Shown: in pieces, positions 43,753 through 57,870 of the stretch
How the letters are laid out: each line of letters starts with the position of its first letter
Position numbering within the stretch: the first letter of the stretch is position 1
Assembly: GCA_964016885.1 (NCBI GenBank)
Contig: OZ024754.1
Location: forward strand, 5,394,001 to 5,458,000
Reading direction: 5' to 3'
DNA length: 64,000 nucleotides
Origin: Eledone cirrhosa
Lineage: Eukaryota
Translations under genes and position numbers: made by a program
The notes under the pieces: model-generated
Told to the model about the DNA's origin: nothing
Databases searched by the model: none
Seen by the model: the letters and a program-made list of their open reading frames with translations, nothing else

Positions 43753-44116
43753 TTAGTAGAGCAGATATAGTTGAATAATTTTGGTTACTATTTCTAGCTA
43801 TCAATATTTCTTTCACGTTTACGGGTCAACCTGTAGACGTGGTGCTTTTAACCAAGTGTGATCTTTCTTCCGGGTTTGTATTTAGCCGTTGTAAGTGCGA
43901 AGCTCAATTACATTGCAGAGATGATCGATTGATTGGTTATTGAACTCAGCCATTTAATGTCGTGAAATATATTCTTAAGCAATAACAGAATATGTATGAA
44001 AGGTTACTGAAATTTCGGTATTTACATTTGAGATATTAGATATGCTACCTTATGGAATTAGATATATGTCCTTTTATCGTTTTACAAATTTTCTCCTGGT
44101 TAAACAATTATTCTAT

Positions 44117-44331
44117 AAAATATTCAGGCAGTTCAAGGAGATATTTCATGTATAAAACTCATCTATGTGCATGCCTTGCGCTGCTCTCTGTAGCCACTCA
44201 TCTACACTCAGTTTCTTTAAAGACCAGCAGTAATGTCCACTTAATGTGTAATGATAGATGTCCACTTGTAATGATAGTTGCTGCAACAGATCGGATACCG
44301 CTCTGATAATATAATGTCTGTGAAACGTTAC
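44117..44331 (-). mobile_element. Dispersed repeat containing a LINE RT remnant (second copy at 47860-48066)
   Basis: CWSLKKLSVDEWLQRAAQGMH resembles the LINE RT motif WSLRKLGVDEWLVRAVQAMY. The two copies align by eye. Confidence 0.6.
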
Positions 44332-44602
44332 AGGGTCGATAAAATAAAGTACCAGTAATACACTGGACAATTGCTGGTCTTGTGCCAAAAGTAGAAACAA
44401 TTATGATATAAGGCAGCGAATTGGCACAGTCTTTAGAACGTAGGATAGAATGTTTTATAGTATTCATTCCAGCTTTCTACTCTCAGAGTTCAAATCCCGA
44501 CGAGGTCAACTTTGCCTTTCATCCTTACGGGGTCGATAAAATAAAGTACCAGTAATACACTGGGATAATTGCTGGCCTTGTGTCAAAAGTAGAAACAATT
44601 AT
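44331..44602 (+). mobile_element. SINE family 1: 3' fragment plus full copy
   Basis: 44331-44404 partial; 44411-44602 full length. Confidence 0.85.
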
Positions 44603-44837
44603 ACCATAGTATAGACGTTAAAGATCTTTTCTACATGGGTTTTTTTTTCTTTCTTTAGATAATTCATAAGATTATGGAATACTAATTCGATTATATATTT
44701 GACCCAATCTGCCAATTTTCCATAAATGCTGCTTCTCCGTTAATTCTATTTTAACCGTATTCTCTGATCTTGTTCTTGTTGTTGTTGCTGTTTTTGTTGT
44801 TGTTTTTTTCTTTAATTTTATTTATTAATTATTATAT

Positions 44838-44880
<43 letters not shown>

Positions 44881-45759
44881 TTATTATTATTTTCGCTTTT
44901 CTTTCTTTCGTCTGTTTGTCTGTAGCTACACTTTCTTCATTACTGTGGCTGTTGTAGCTGTTGTTGTTGTTGTTGTTGTTGCTGTTGGTATAGTTGTTAT
45001 TGCTGGTGTTATTATTATTATTGTTGTTGTTGTAGTTGCTGTTGGTATGATTGCTGTTGTTATCGTTGTTGTTGTTGTTGTTGTTGGTGGTGGTGTTGTT
45101 GTTGTTGTTGTGGCTGTTGTTGTTACTGCTGCTGTGTTTGATCTCTGCCGTTTTGCATTGTTTCGTGTAAATAGCCGATAACCAGAATCAAAATTAGAGT
45201 GAATGGTGGTGTTGGTGATGGTGGTGCTGGTGGTGGTGATGGCGGTGGTGGAGGGTGGTAGTTGTCGTGAGTGATAGTGCTGGTGAGTGATGGTGGTGGT
45301 GGTGGTAGTGGTACTGGTGATATGGGGGATGGTGGTGGTGGTGGTGGTGGTGATGGTGAGGGTAGTGGTGGCGGTGGTGATAGTGCTGGTGGTGATGGTA
45401 GTTGTGGTGCTGCTGCTAGTGGTGATGGTAGATGTGGTGGTGGTGGTGCTGGTGGTGATAGCGATGCTGCTGCTGCCACTGCTGCCGCTGGTGGTAGTGA
45501 TGCTGGGGTGGATAATAAAACTAAACAAGAAACAAAAAAAGTAAAGGCAAAAAATACAAATAACAAAAACAAAATTTAAAGGAATCCAATGAGAAGGTAT
45601 AATTACGGAATTCTCTAATTAACAGGTAAAGATTACAAGAATTATGTTATATTTCTTTTGAAATAGATAAGATTTTGCAGTTGAAAATTATATCAGAGCG
45701 TCTACCAGAATCTCTTTCTTTTCCCTCTCTATCTGCTTCACTCTCTCTCTCCCTCTTTC

Positions 45760-45798
<39 letters not shown>

Positions 45799-45839
45799 GT
45801 CCCTCGCTCTCTCTCTCTCGCTCGCTCTGTTTGTATGTA

Positions 45840-45896
<57 letters not shown>

Positions 45897-45933
45897 ATTA
45901 TTTATATGTATATATACATATATAAATAAATAA

Positions 45934-45982
<49 letters not shown>

Positions 45983-46066
45983 AGTATATATACATGTATA
46001 AATAAATAAGTATATATACATATATAAATAAATAAATAAGTATATATATATACATATATATATAAG

Positions 46067-46181
<115 letters not shown>

Positions 46182-46222
46182 ATATATATGCATATATATG
46201 TGTATGTAAATATATATGTATT

Positions 46223-46288
<66 letters not shown>

Positions 46289-46291
<3 letters not shown>

Positions 46292-46476
46292 CGAAGGAAA
46301 TGTGGTAAGGAACCAGGTGGACCATAACGCACCAAAGTACTCAATACTTGAGGTAGTAGAGTGGGTAATAGGAACCAGTAGGACCCCGACAGCTGAGCTC
46401 AAGCCGTTTCGACGGCTAATTCTAGAGAATTAGCCGTCGAAACGGCTTGAGCTCAGCTGTCGGGGTCCTACTGGTT

Positions 46477-46481
<5 letters not shown>
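46289..46481 (-). mobile_element. Family B fold-back element with 56-bp perfect palindrome
   Basis: Arms 46368-46423 / 46426-46481 are exact reverse complements. GAAA-CGGCT-tgagctc-AGCTG-TC half-hammerhead on each strand. (TA)n on both sides. Confidence 0.9.
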
Positions 46482-46513
<32 letters not shown>

Positions 46514-46617
46514 AGATCAAAAGATGGTTAAAAGATATATATATATATATACACATATATATACATATATATATATATATATGTATGTATATATATATAT
46601 GTATGTATATATATATG

Positions 46618-46650
<33 letters not shown>

Positions 46651-47087
46651 GTGTGTGTGTATTAGTATTAGCAAGCCCCAAATGATGGCTAAATTAAATT
46701 AATTAATGTGTATGTGTGTGTCTATATCGACCTTTATATATTTGTCTGCGAGTCTGTATGCAAATGTGCACGTGGATGTGTGTGTATTTATGCATATTAC
46801 GTAGCAGTGAAGTTTATATTTTATTTATATTTTTCTAAATATAATAATCAAATTTCTCATTTATACTTTCACAAATATATATCAAATATTGTGTTCACCT
46901 AGCGTTCATATACTTTTGTATACAAACATACATACACATATATATATATATGTGCGTGTGTGTATGTGTGTATGTATGTATAATTTATCTCTCTATATAT
47001 ATACATATATACACATGTACATATATACATATGTAAATATATATATATATATAAATATAAATATATATATATATGTGTGTGTATGTA

Positions 47088-47181
<94 letters not shown>

Positions 47182-47182
47182 C

Positions 47183-47279
<97 letters not shown>

Positions 47280-47661
47280 TATTCACATGTGAATGCACTC
47301 TTTATACGAATCCTGTATCCTCTGGATATATATCAGATTTTATTGTTTTATGTGAATAGGTCGATGATTTTTACTTTTCTACCTTCAATCATTATACGCA
47401 GCTATCCTTCTTTTCCATGAAATAATATTCTTTCACTAAATTGTCTCCAATTTCGTTTCCATCTTTATCTTATTAAAATTTTTAAATTCTGTTATGGCTG
47501 AGTGGTTAAAAGGTTCTACATTAATTTCTTAATCATATTAATTCAGAACCTACTAAGGCCCCTTTGTGAGTGCGATAGGGAGAGTGGATATGTAAATTTG
47601 TAAGTGCATCATAGAATGGTTTATCGTAGAAATGCATCTTGCGTGTCATTATTCCATTAAA

Positions 47662-47855
47662 GGGCGGTGGATTGGCAGTATCGCTAGAGGGTCGGACGCC
47701 ATGCTTTGCAGCAAAGAGTTAGTGTCCCTTTATGATCTGAGTTCAACTCCCGCCGAGGTTAACTCAGTCTTTCATCCTTACGGGGTCGATAAAATAAAGT
47801 ACCAGTAATGTACTGAATATTTGCTGGCCTTGTGCCAAAAGTAGAAATAATTATT
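47662..47855 (+). mobile_element. SINE family 1, full length
   Basis: ggcggtggattggcagtatcg...gagttcaactccc...gtagaaataatt. Confidence 0.9.
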
Positions 47856-47859
47856 CTAT

Positions 47860-48066
47860 TAAATATTCAAGCACTTCAATTAGATATTTCATATATAAAA
47901 CTCATCTATGTGCATGCCTTGCTCTGTTCTCAGTAGCCATTCATCTACATTCAGTTTCTTTAAGGACCAGCAGTAATGTCCCCTTAATGTTGTGCTGTAC
48001 TCGTGATGCCAGTTGCTGCAACAGACTGGAGCCCGCTCTGATAATGTGTTGTGTGTGAAACGTTAC
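47860..48066 (-). mobile_element. LINE RT-remnant repeat, copy 2
   Basis: CWSLKKLNVDEWLLRTEQGMH on minus. Homologous to 44117-44331. Confidence 0.6.
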
Positions 48067-48167
48067 GAAACTGCACTGCCAGCAAAGTGGCTGACGAGTT
48101 ATCAACGCGTTTCTCCCCTCACCTTACCTCTCCCTCTTTCTCTCTTCTCTCTATATCTCTCTCTCTG

Positions 48168-48246
<79 letters not shown>

Positions 48247-48317
48247 GTATATCTATCTAGCTATCTATCTATCTATATACCTCAGTCACACCCTCATATA
48301 TATAATAATTTCTATAC

Positions 48318-48414
<97 letters not shown>

Positions 48415-48829
48415 ACGACTAAGCAATGAGAAATGCAAATTCACAAATGGAGATTATGTGAATATGAGGAACAGCTCAAACAATTCTACTTATAATAGAA
48501 TGAAAGATGTCATTGAATTTTGATTCAATATGAAATCTTCCTTTACGATATTGTCATTATTGAGAAACGTTCCTGATTTAGTAATGATGTGGTCCACTCA
48601 TACTTGGAGTAGATCTTCAAGCAGATCTTCAAGTATGTGTATTTCTGTGTTTGTCTGCGTTTGAATGTTTGTGCATGTGTGTGTATGTGTATGTGTGTAT
48701 GTCTGTGTCTGAATGTTTGTTCTGTGTGCATATGTGTATATGTGAGGTGTGTGTGTGTGTGTGTGTGTGGAGGAGGTGGGTTGGGGGGCTGCTGGACCTC
48801 TGTAGGTTACCATGATGAATTTCCCAAGT

Positions 48830-49107
48830 GAATAACCGAACAGCATACTCTTGAAGATAATATGAAAGTGGCTGAGCACTCCGTGGACTCGTGAATCCAT
48901 AACGTAATTTTCAAAGAGATTTAAGTGATTTAAGTGAGGTAAGACAAGGATGTTTCTTTGAAATACATGTATAACACATTTGTTTCCAGCTGAGCCCACT
49001 GGAGCAAGTGAATTGTTTTCCTAAAGAACACAATGTGCCGCCCGCTTAGGAAAACGAACTCAAACTTTGTGACTGTGGACGCACTTCTCTAACCACTAAG
49101 CCACAGA
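48830..49107 (-). mobile_element. SINE family 2, diverged
   Basis: gtggctgagcactcc...ccagctgagcccactggagcaagtgaa...cgaactc...ctaaccactaagccac. Confidence 0.7.
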
Positions 49108-49202
49108 CGTTAACTTGTATTCAAGATCTGCCAAACAAATACACATCTATGACAATTAGTTGAGACAAAGCTGTAAGATTAAAAGTTTCGATCTGAAGAC
49201 GT

Positions 49203-49590
49203 CAGACTCAGACTCAGAAGCTCCCGAGTCTTGCGACGCATGAGGCAATCTTAGTGTTCCACCGTGTTCGGTCAGTAGCCAGTTGCAGAGTGTCCCGCCA
49301 TTGTCTGTTTGTCGCTCGCAGGTCCCTCTCAACTGTCTGGCGCCAGTTCATATTGGGTCGCCCTCTCCGTCTGCTTCCCTGCGGGCTCCATTTAAGTACT
49401 TGGTTCGCCAGTCTCTCCGGGGGAAGTCTCAAAGCGTGTCCAAACCAGCCCAGGCGTCGCTTGCAGATGGTAGAAGAGACTAGCTGCTGGTTGGTGCGGT
49501 TCCTGACTTCCTGGTTTGTTACATGGTCACTCCATTTAATTCCCAGGATCTTTCGCAGATATCTGGAATCGAATGCGTCCAACTTCTTCT
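49203..49590 (-). mobile_element. RTE/RTE-X LINE 3' fragment, relatively young
   Basis: Open frame LDAFDSRYLRKILGIKWSDHVTNQEV...RRLGWFGHALRL...RRRGRPNMNWRQTVERDL...DRTRW. (TGAGTC)n tail. Possible TSD tct(g/c)aagacgt at 49192-49202 / 49588-49598. Confidence 0.9.
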
Positions 49591-49709
49591 CAAGACGTGG
49601 TTCCTTGGATATATATATCATCTAAACTTGTACAATGAAATACGTAAGTGGTGGGATTGTACACAATATCACTTATAGTAGTGTCCTGAAAGAACTAATT
49701 AGCTGGTTG

Positions 49710-49817
<108 letters not shown>

Positions 49818-49947
49818 GTGTGTGGTGCTTCGTTTTTTGTGCATCTGTCCATATGCGTATGTCTTTGCGCATGCATGTGTTTGTATACGTGTATATGTGC
49901 GTGTGCATGTCTCTGTATTGCATGTTCTCGTGAGATAGGGAGAGACA

Positions 49948-50030
<83 letters not shown>

Positions 50031-51010
50031 GTGAGTGAGGGAGATAGAGAGGGAGAACGGGAGAGAGAGAGTGAAAAAGAGAGAGAGAGAAACCTGTGTG
50101 TTTTGTCATTCAGAATTAATCCATCTGACAACGACAGATTCCATGTTTGTTTTCGTGAAACGTCTTTGCAAATGTCGGATAGCGTACATATGTATGTTTG
50201 TATGTCTTGCTATCTGTCCGCCATGTTGGTTGGTTACGCTAGCTCTAACTACTTAAGGTTTGATAGTCAAACACCAACAACTCTCTAATCAGATTTACCC
50301 TCTTAATGAAGAGGAGTGGGGTGAGGAGTGAGTGAGTGGTGGGGCAAGCTATTACTAATATCAAGCGGCGAGCAGATCCTTAATCAATAAAAATTAAATC
50401 TGCCAACTACCATGATTTAGCGATCAAAATTTTTAGATACCGCCTGAGGAGTAGGAAGAGGAGATGGTGGTGGCGATGTAGAAGGAGAAAGAAGAAAAAA
50501 ATAATTATAATTATGAAAAAATAAACGAAAAAAGAACCAAAATAAAGGTGATGCATACCAACCAGACAGACAACAATAAAACGTATCACAAAACCCAAGC
50601 AATACATACACAATCTTTCAGAGCAATATGGTTGAAGATGTGAGGTAAAAAATATAAAATAAGTTGTATAGTAACGTATTTATTGCTAGCTTCTTTGTCA
50701 AATGTGTGGCGTGAGTGTACTGCCAGTAACTAATATAACAATATTACCAACACCACCAACAACACTACCACCATCAACAACAGCACAACAACAAATATAA
50801 TAACATCACCACCACTACTAACAATAACAGCACTTTCAATGCTACCATTACCAACAACAACAAATACAATAACATCAACACCAACGACAACTACAATATC
50901 ACCACCACCAACAACAACAACAGCAGCATCAGCAACAGCAAAAACAACAGCACATTCAAAGCCACCAGCACATCCATCAACCAAAACATTTTCACCAGCA
51001 CCACCAACAT

Positions 51011-51046
<36 letters not shown>

Positions 51047-51242
51047 AGCAATAACAACGGCACAGCCAATAACACCACAAGCAATGATATTTCCACCATC
51101 AGCACCAACAACAAGAACAACTACAACAACAACACAGAAATCCATATGTTTTCCGATGATACTGAGGAATTTGAGAGACATTTGGCTGCTATTTCTAGCT
51201 AGATAGAGTGGGATCATTCATTCACTGAAAAACAATAGGTTA

Positions 51243-51441
51243 GTTGTTGGCAGACTTGATAGAGCGTCGGATAAAATGACAATTGGGCATTTGCTCTGGT
51301 TCTTTACAATCTGAGTTCAAATCCCACTGAGGCCAGGTTTGCCTTTCTTCCTTCTGGGATCGATATAATATAGTACCAGTCACCTACTGGGATTGATTTT
51401 AATCAGCCTTCCCCTTCCCTCAAATCTGCTGGTCTTGTGAA
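51243..51441 (+). mobile_element. SINE family 1, older subfamily
   Basis: gagttcaaatccc B-box and gcctttcttccttctgggatcgatataatatagtaccagt. Confidence 0.75.
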
Positions 51442-52656
51442 TGTATTAGCTATCTGGATTACTGAAACAAAGATAATTAGTTAAGTATGGGTTGCAAATT
51501 ATACATTTATAATACTTGAAATTCTCGAAAAGATTAAGATATGTACACATCAGCAATGGATAAAATCTCAGTATATATACAAATATTTACCAATACTCTT
51601 GAGACCCTGTATTTACATTGTCTTCTAAATCCTTAATTCTTCTGTTACTTTCTCATAGTATCATTTTACAGCGCTATTTAGTAATCACAACATGGCCTCT
51701 TCTTCACTTCTCACACGATATGTAAGCAAACTATCAAGTACAGCAAATAATCACTATACTGTAGTCGCGAGAGAAAACAAAGCCGCAGCATTGGTGGGTC
51801 AGTTGCTTACCTTGCTTGAAATGGCAGTCAAAATCTACCTCAAACAACATCTTCTTTGTTACAAACATTTGGACATGCACAACGTCCTCCCTCCTTCACA
51901 CCAGCCTGAAATGGATCATGGGAAATATCTTTATCTATCTCTCTGACTAAAGAGTATAAAATACTCTCAACGTTGTATGAATATATTCTGGGGACACTAT
52001 GTTTGATGAAAAGGAAGTATGGCATTGAATGAAATGTACTTGCTCATATATGCTCAGATATACTTGATTAGGACAGACTAGGAGTTAAAAAACAAACCAT
52101 TTGTTAACAAGCTACATAATCAATCGGCTGCTGAAAATAGTTGATGGATCTCCCTCAAACCAAAGTCTAGCGTTGATAAAATGTATACATCTTGGTTATA
52201 TATATATTCCGGCCATTTTGTTTTAAGGAACGTAAACTCTGATCAACTTTATAAAGCAAGAACTTTGATAATAAGTGTTCAATCGATACCTGTCCTATCT
52301 TTTATTCATATATAATGTGTCTGACTCTAAATTATTGTATATTATTTCATTTCTGAAGGCAATAGGGTCTAATTTGGGAGAGAATTTTGCAGGTATTTCT
52401 AGCAGGTCGGCAAATAGTTAGTGTTACGCTTTAATCAGAAGCTGGAATGAACCTCCATTGGTTTCGTTGAATCGTGTTCGTTTTATACAATCAACGGAAT
52501 AGCCTGCTCGTAAAATTAACATGCAAGTGTCTAAACATTTCCCAGACTCTCGCTGAGAGAGTAGAAAGAGGAGAAGAGAAATAGATTGAGATATACATAT
52601 TATCATAGATACATGAGTGTGGGTGTATATATATATATGTGTATATGTGTGTGTGT

Positions 52657-52700
<44 letters not shown>

Positions 52701-52855
52701 CTGTGCAGGTGTGTATGTGTGTGTGTGTGTGGACGTGTGCATTATTTAATGTCTCCATTTTCACTATCTTTATAAGTATCTATACATAAATATATTATGT
52801 ATCTGTATGTAGGTACACCTCTATCTATCTATCAACCTATCAGTTATTTCTATCC

Positions 52856-52921
<66 letters not shown>

Positions 52922-53067
52922 CACAGTATTTCTCTTTTATTCTCTCATCATACACACATCCTCTCCTCTTTCTCCCATCGTCATTCCAATCACAACCCAC
53001 AAGTCTCGTCCATCCTTATTCTCAACCTCGTTTTCTTGCATTGCTCTCCGGCACTGAACAGAATGTA

Positions 53068-53109
<42 letters not shown>

Positions 53110-53581
53110 CACCTAACACTAACCATTACACTACACACTCTACCTTCCACCCCTCCTCCTCCTCTTCCTCCCCTTCTTCCTCCTACTTCCCTTCATTAAT
53201 CCACAGCATCTGTTGGCGATTCCACACGGATTACTGACTAGCGTGTTATCGGCGACACTAAATCCTACTATGTTCAAGCCAAGTGGCGTGCAACTTCACT
53301 CTTCAGAAGGTTTATTTATATACGTTTATCGTTATTGATTCTAAACCGCTCTTTAGCTATCAACAGCCATTTTGTTTTTCTCCCACAGCACAGCATCCAT
53401 TCTCTTGTCTTACCCCTCCCTCGCCGACACTCACTCAAATACTCAAATATATTATTTCTTTTCCTTATTATATTTTGTGAAGTGTGTTCTTGATTTGCTT
53501 ATATATATATATCTGTTGTATAGTATTTGAGGCTGCGTATATATGTGTGTATCTATCGTGTCGTTTTGTGCATTACTATAC

Positions 53582-53648
<67 letters not shown>

Positions 53649-53740
53649 CCTGCGTGGGTGTGTCAGTGTGTGTCTGTGCGTGCGTATATAAATAAGCCCA
53701 CAAACAAACACACACTCACAAGCACACAAATACATATATG

Positions 53741-53833
53741 CAGGGTGTACCACAAAATGTATACGCACTTTGATTATTTGTACAGGCAATATTTATTAAA
53801 ATGGTGTATACATTTTTGGGGAGGATAGCCTGT
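53741..53833. mobile_element. Tc1/mariner MITE, diverged copy
   Basis: cagggtgtaccacaaaatgtatac...gtatacatttttggggaggatagcctg-TA. Confidence 0.7.
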
Positions 53834-53949
53834 ATACATATGTCAGCATGGGTGTTGGACCTGCGTTGGTTTCGACGATGAGTGTTCTAGTTTCTCGATG
53901 AAAGGAAAAACATGTGCATGAAATTAACGTCGACGTGTCTGAGCATATC

Positions 53950-54785
53950 TGAGAAAATCAGTGCTTCGAAAACTAAGACAATCCCCCCCTCAAGGAAGAC
54001 TGAACAGTCCACTGTACATGTGAATGGAGTGATGGAGTACATGTGTTGATGTGTGATGGAAGGCAGGAGGCTGAATTAAGTGCAAGAATTGCAAACGCTG
54101 GTTTAGTAATGCGTCAGATTCAGCATTCAGTAATCATATGAAGGGAGGTAATCATAAGAAGGGAGGTAAGTGAAGGTGCATGGCTTAGAGGTTAGAGCAT
54201 TGGGCTTGCAATCGAAAGGGTGTGAGTTCAATTCTCGGACCGGGTGATGTGTTTTTTCCTTGAGCAAGACACTTTACTTCACGTTGCTCCAGTTTACTCA
54301 GCTGTAGAAATGAAATGATAGGACTGGGGTTCCTATCATTAAATCACCCAAGACACCTCCAGCGAGATATACCTTAAAGGAGGCCAGCTAAACCTGCATA
54401 GGTGTGAGCTGTAACAACAACAACAGGTAAGTGTAAACGCCAAACTAGTTACCTTCAATTCGATATTCGTGCTAACCCTTATCTATGGCCATGAATCTTG
54501 GGTAATGGCTGAAAGAATACAATCACGAATATAAACGAAATGGGGTTCTCCAAAAGGTCTTTAATGTAACGTTACTGGGTCGAGTGCATAGCTCGGAGAT
54601 GAGAGAGTAACACCAGGCAGAGTCGCTATTTCTCCGAATTGAGAGGTCACAGTGCCGATACTATGGGAATGCCGTTAAAATGACTCAGGAAAGAATCGCT
54701 GTACTTATTTTACGGGCAAAACTAACCGGCGGGGGACCCAGGAGTAGACCCCGAACAAGAGGTTTCGATATTATCTATCTGATCA
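53950..54785 (+). mobile_element. Decayed RTE (Expander/Rex3-like) LINE fragment, interrupted by a SINE
   Basis: ...DGRQEAELSARIANAGLVMRQ...REVS|VNAKLVTFNSIFVLTLIYGHESWVMAERIQSRI*...FLRIERSQCRYYGNAVKMTQERIA...PRSRPRTR. Confidence 0.85.
54170..54424 (+). mobile_element. SINE family 2 (CORE-like), full length, (CAA)n tail, 9-bp TSD
   Basis: TSD aggtaagtg at 54164-72 and 54425-33. A- and B-boxes present. Confidence 0.9.
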
Positions 54786-54941
54786 ACGGCAATTTATTAA
54801 TAAATTCTCCTCATAAAAAAACCTTGTTGTGCAACCGCCATTTTTACTTTTTATTACATCATACCTTTGTCATTTTCTGTTTGTCTTTGTATTAGAGCAA
54901 ATTATATATATATGTGCGTGTTTGTTTGTGTGTGTTCGTGC

Positions 54942-55010
<69 letters not shown>

Positions 55011-55277
55011 CGTGTGTGTGTGTGTGTCAGTTTCTAACCGAAACTGTGTGTGTACATTGTGAATGTCCAAGTAAATTGTGTATACATTTATATGTGTGAG
55101 TTAGTTATTTAAAAATTGATACATAAGTCTAGGAAATGAGATAGCGGCGAGCGAGGGGAGAGAGAGAGAGAGTGATTGAGAGAGCGATTGAGAGAGAGAG
55201 GGGGAGAGAGAGAGAGAGAGAGTGAGAAAGAGTATGTTTATGAGAGAGAGAGAGAGAGAGAGAGTGAGAAAGAGTAT

Positions 55278-55321
<44 letters not shown>

Positions 55322-55489
55322 GAGAGAGTGAGAGAGAGAAAGAGTATGTTTATGAGAGAGAGAGAGAAGGAGTATGTGTATGAGAGAGAGATAGAGAAAG
55401 AGTATAGGTATGAGAGAGAGTATGTTTATGAGAGAGAGAGAAAGTGAGAAAGAGTATGTTTATGAGAGAGAGAGAGAGGTGAGAGGGGA

Positions 55490-55640
55490 GAAGACGAAGC
55501 AATACAGCTCTGCCAAACCGCAGTCTACACTTGGCGAGTAATACTAAAAACCATAAGGGAATATGTGTACAACCAATCGTGAAACATTGTTTTGAAGTGC
55601 TCATCCAATGAAACGGCACTTGACTGATTGACAAGGCTAA
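55490..55640. promoter_or_regulatory. Candidate promoter/enhancer: tandem CCAAT boxes plus TGATTGACA
   Basis: CCAAT at 55573 and 55605 (32 bp apart), CACTTGA at 55617, TGATTGACA at 55625-33, in a unique island between repeats. Confidence 0.3.
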
Positions 55641-55644
55641 TAAT

Positions 55645-57673
55645 GTGTTGTGGTGGTGGTGATGGTGGTGGTGGTGGTGGTGGTGGTGGTGGTGGTAGAG
55701 GTGTTGCTGATGGTGTGATGTTGGTGGTGATATGGTGGTGTTGTTGATGGTGTGGTGGTGGTGGTGGTGGTGGTGGTGGTAGAGGTGTTGCTGATGGTGT
55801 GATGGTGGTGGTGATATGGTGGTGTTGTTGATGGTGTGGTGGTGGTGGTGGTGGTGGTGGTGGTGGTGGTAGAGGTGTTGCTGCTGGTGTGATGGTGGTG
55901 GTGATATGGTGGTGTTGTTGATGGTGTGGTGGTGGTGGTGGTGGTGGTGGTAGAGGTGTTGCTGATGGTGTGATGTTGGTGGTGATATGGTGGTGTTGTT
56001 GATGGTGTGGCGGTGGTGGTGGTGGTGGTGGTAGAGGTGTTGCTGCTGGTGTGATGGTGGTGGTGATATGGTGGTGTTGTTGATGGTGTGGCGGTGGTGG
56101 TGGTGGTGGTGGTAGAGGTGTTGCTGCTGGTGTGATGGTGGTGGTGATATGGTGGTGTTGTTGATGGTGTGGTGGTGGTGGTGGTGGTGGTGGTGGTGGA
56201 TGTAGTGGTGGTGGTGATGGTAGTGGTAGTGGTGGTGGTGGTGGTAGTGGTAGTGGTAGTGGTGGTGTTGGTGGATGTAGTGGTGGTGGTGATGGTAGTG
56301 GTAGTGGTGGCGGTGGTGGTAGTGGTGGTGTTGGTGGATGTTGTGTTGATGGTGCTAGTGATGGGGAAGTTGTTGGTGGTGCTGGTGCTAGTGGAGGTCT
56401 GGGGGGGGGGTTAATGCTAGTGGTGGAGGTGATGGTGTGATGTTGGTGATGTTGCGGTGGCGGTGGTGGCGTTTGTGATGGTGATTGTGGTTAGTGTTGT
56501 TAGTGGTGGCGGGCGGTGGTAGTGGTGGTGGTGGTTGTTGCGGTGGGGTTTTGTCGGTGATGGTGGTGGTGGTGGTGGTGGTGGTGGTGGTGGTGGTGGT
56601 GATGTTGGTGATGTTGCGGTGGCGGCGGTGGCGTTTGTGATGGTGAATGTGGTGGTGTTGTTAGTGGTGGTGGTTTTGGTGGGGGTTTTGTCGGTGATGG
56701 TGGTGGTGGTGGTGGTGGTGGTGGTGGTGGTGATGTTGGTGATGTTGCGGTGGCGGTGGTGGCGTTTGTGATGGTGATTGTGGTTAGTGTTGTTAGTGGT
56801 GGTGGTTGTGGTGGGGGTTTTGTCGGTGATGGTGGTGGTGGTGGTTGTGGTGGTGGTGGTGGTGGTGGTGATGGTAGTGATGATGCTGGTGCTAGTTGTG
56901 TTGATGGTGCTGGTGTTGCTAGTGGTGTTAATGGTACTGGTACTGGTGGTGGTGGTGGTGGTGATGGTGGTGGTGATGGTGTTGCTGGTGGTGGCGATGG
57001 TATTGGTGGGGTGCTCTACTGTGAGCGAGGCCAGAAGTGACAATAGCTGCCAGCCATTAAATATATTTAGAGACTACACAAGATGGCAGCTGGCTTTCGT
57101 TACATTTTGAATCTAAGTAAATGATTCATTCAACAATATACAATACAACCTATTTGATGAGGAGGTCGTGAGATGATGGCGGAGGAGGTGGTGGTGACGG
57201 TGACTAAAGAATTACGGTGGGGATGGAGGAGGGGATAGTTGAGGGTGAAGATAATGACCTCCATGATTAATAGAGATGGTGGTGAGGGTGTTGGTGGTGG
57301 TAGTGATGGTGAGGGTGATGATGATGATGATGGTGGTGGTCGTGGTGGTGGTGGTGGTGTTGGTGGTAGTGATGGTGAGGAGGATGATGATGGTGGTGGT
57401 GGTGGTGGTGTTGCTGGTAGGGATGGTGAGGATGATGATGATGATGGTGGTGGTGGTGGTGTTGTTGCTGGTAGGGATGGTGAGGATGATAATGCTTGTG
57501 GTGGTAGTGATGGTGATAGTTATGATGATGCTGCTGATGATGATGATAACGCTGGCGGTGTTGGTGGTGGTGATAGTGATGATGATGATAATGATAATGC
57601 TGGTGGTGGCAGTGGTGGTGGTGATGAGGATGATAATGCTGGGAGTGCATGTTGCTTGTGATAATGGTAATAG

Positions 57674-57750
<77 letters not shown>

Positions 57751-57781
57751 GTGGTGGCGTTGCTGGTGGTGATGGTAATAG

Positions 57782-57852
<71 letters not shown>

Positions 57853-57870
57853 GTGGTGCTGGTGTTGCTT
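55645..57870. repeat. (GGT)/(GAT)-rich low-complexity region with higher-order units
   Basis: Repeated ~70-80-bp units at 55650-56200, followed by GGT/GAT arrays. Confidence 0.9.

Noticed and set aside
46349-46365. TGAGGTAGTAG match to the let-7 5' end
   Set aside because: Only 11 nt match, it lies within a family B repeat where other copies differ, and there is no let-7 precursor hairpin.
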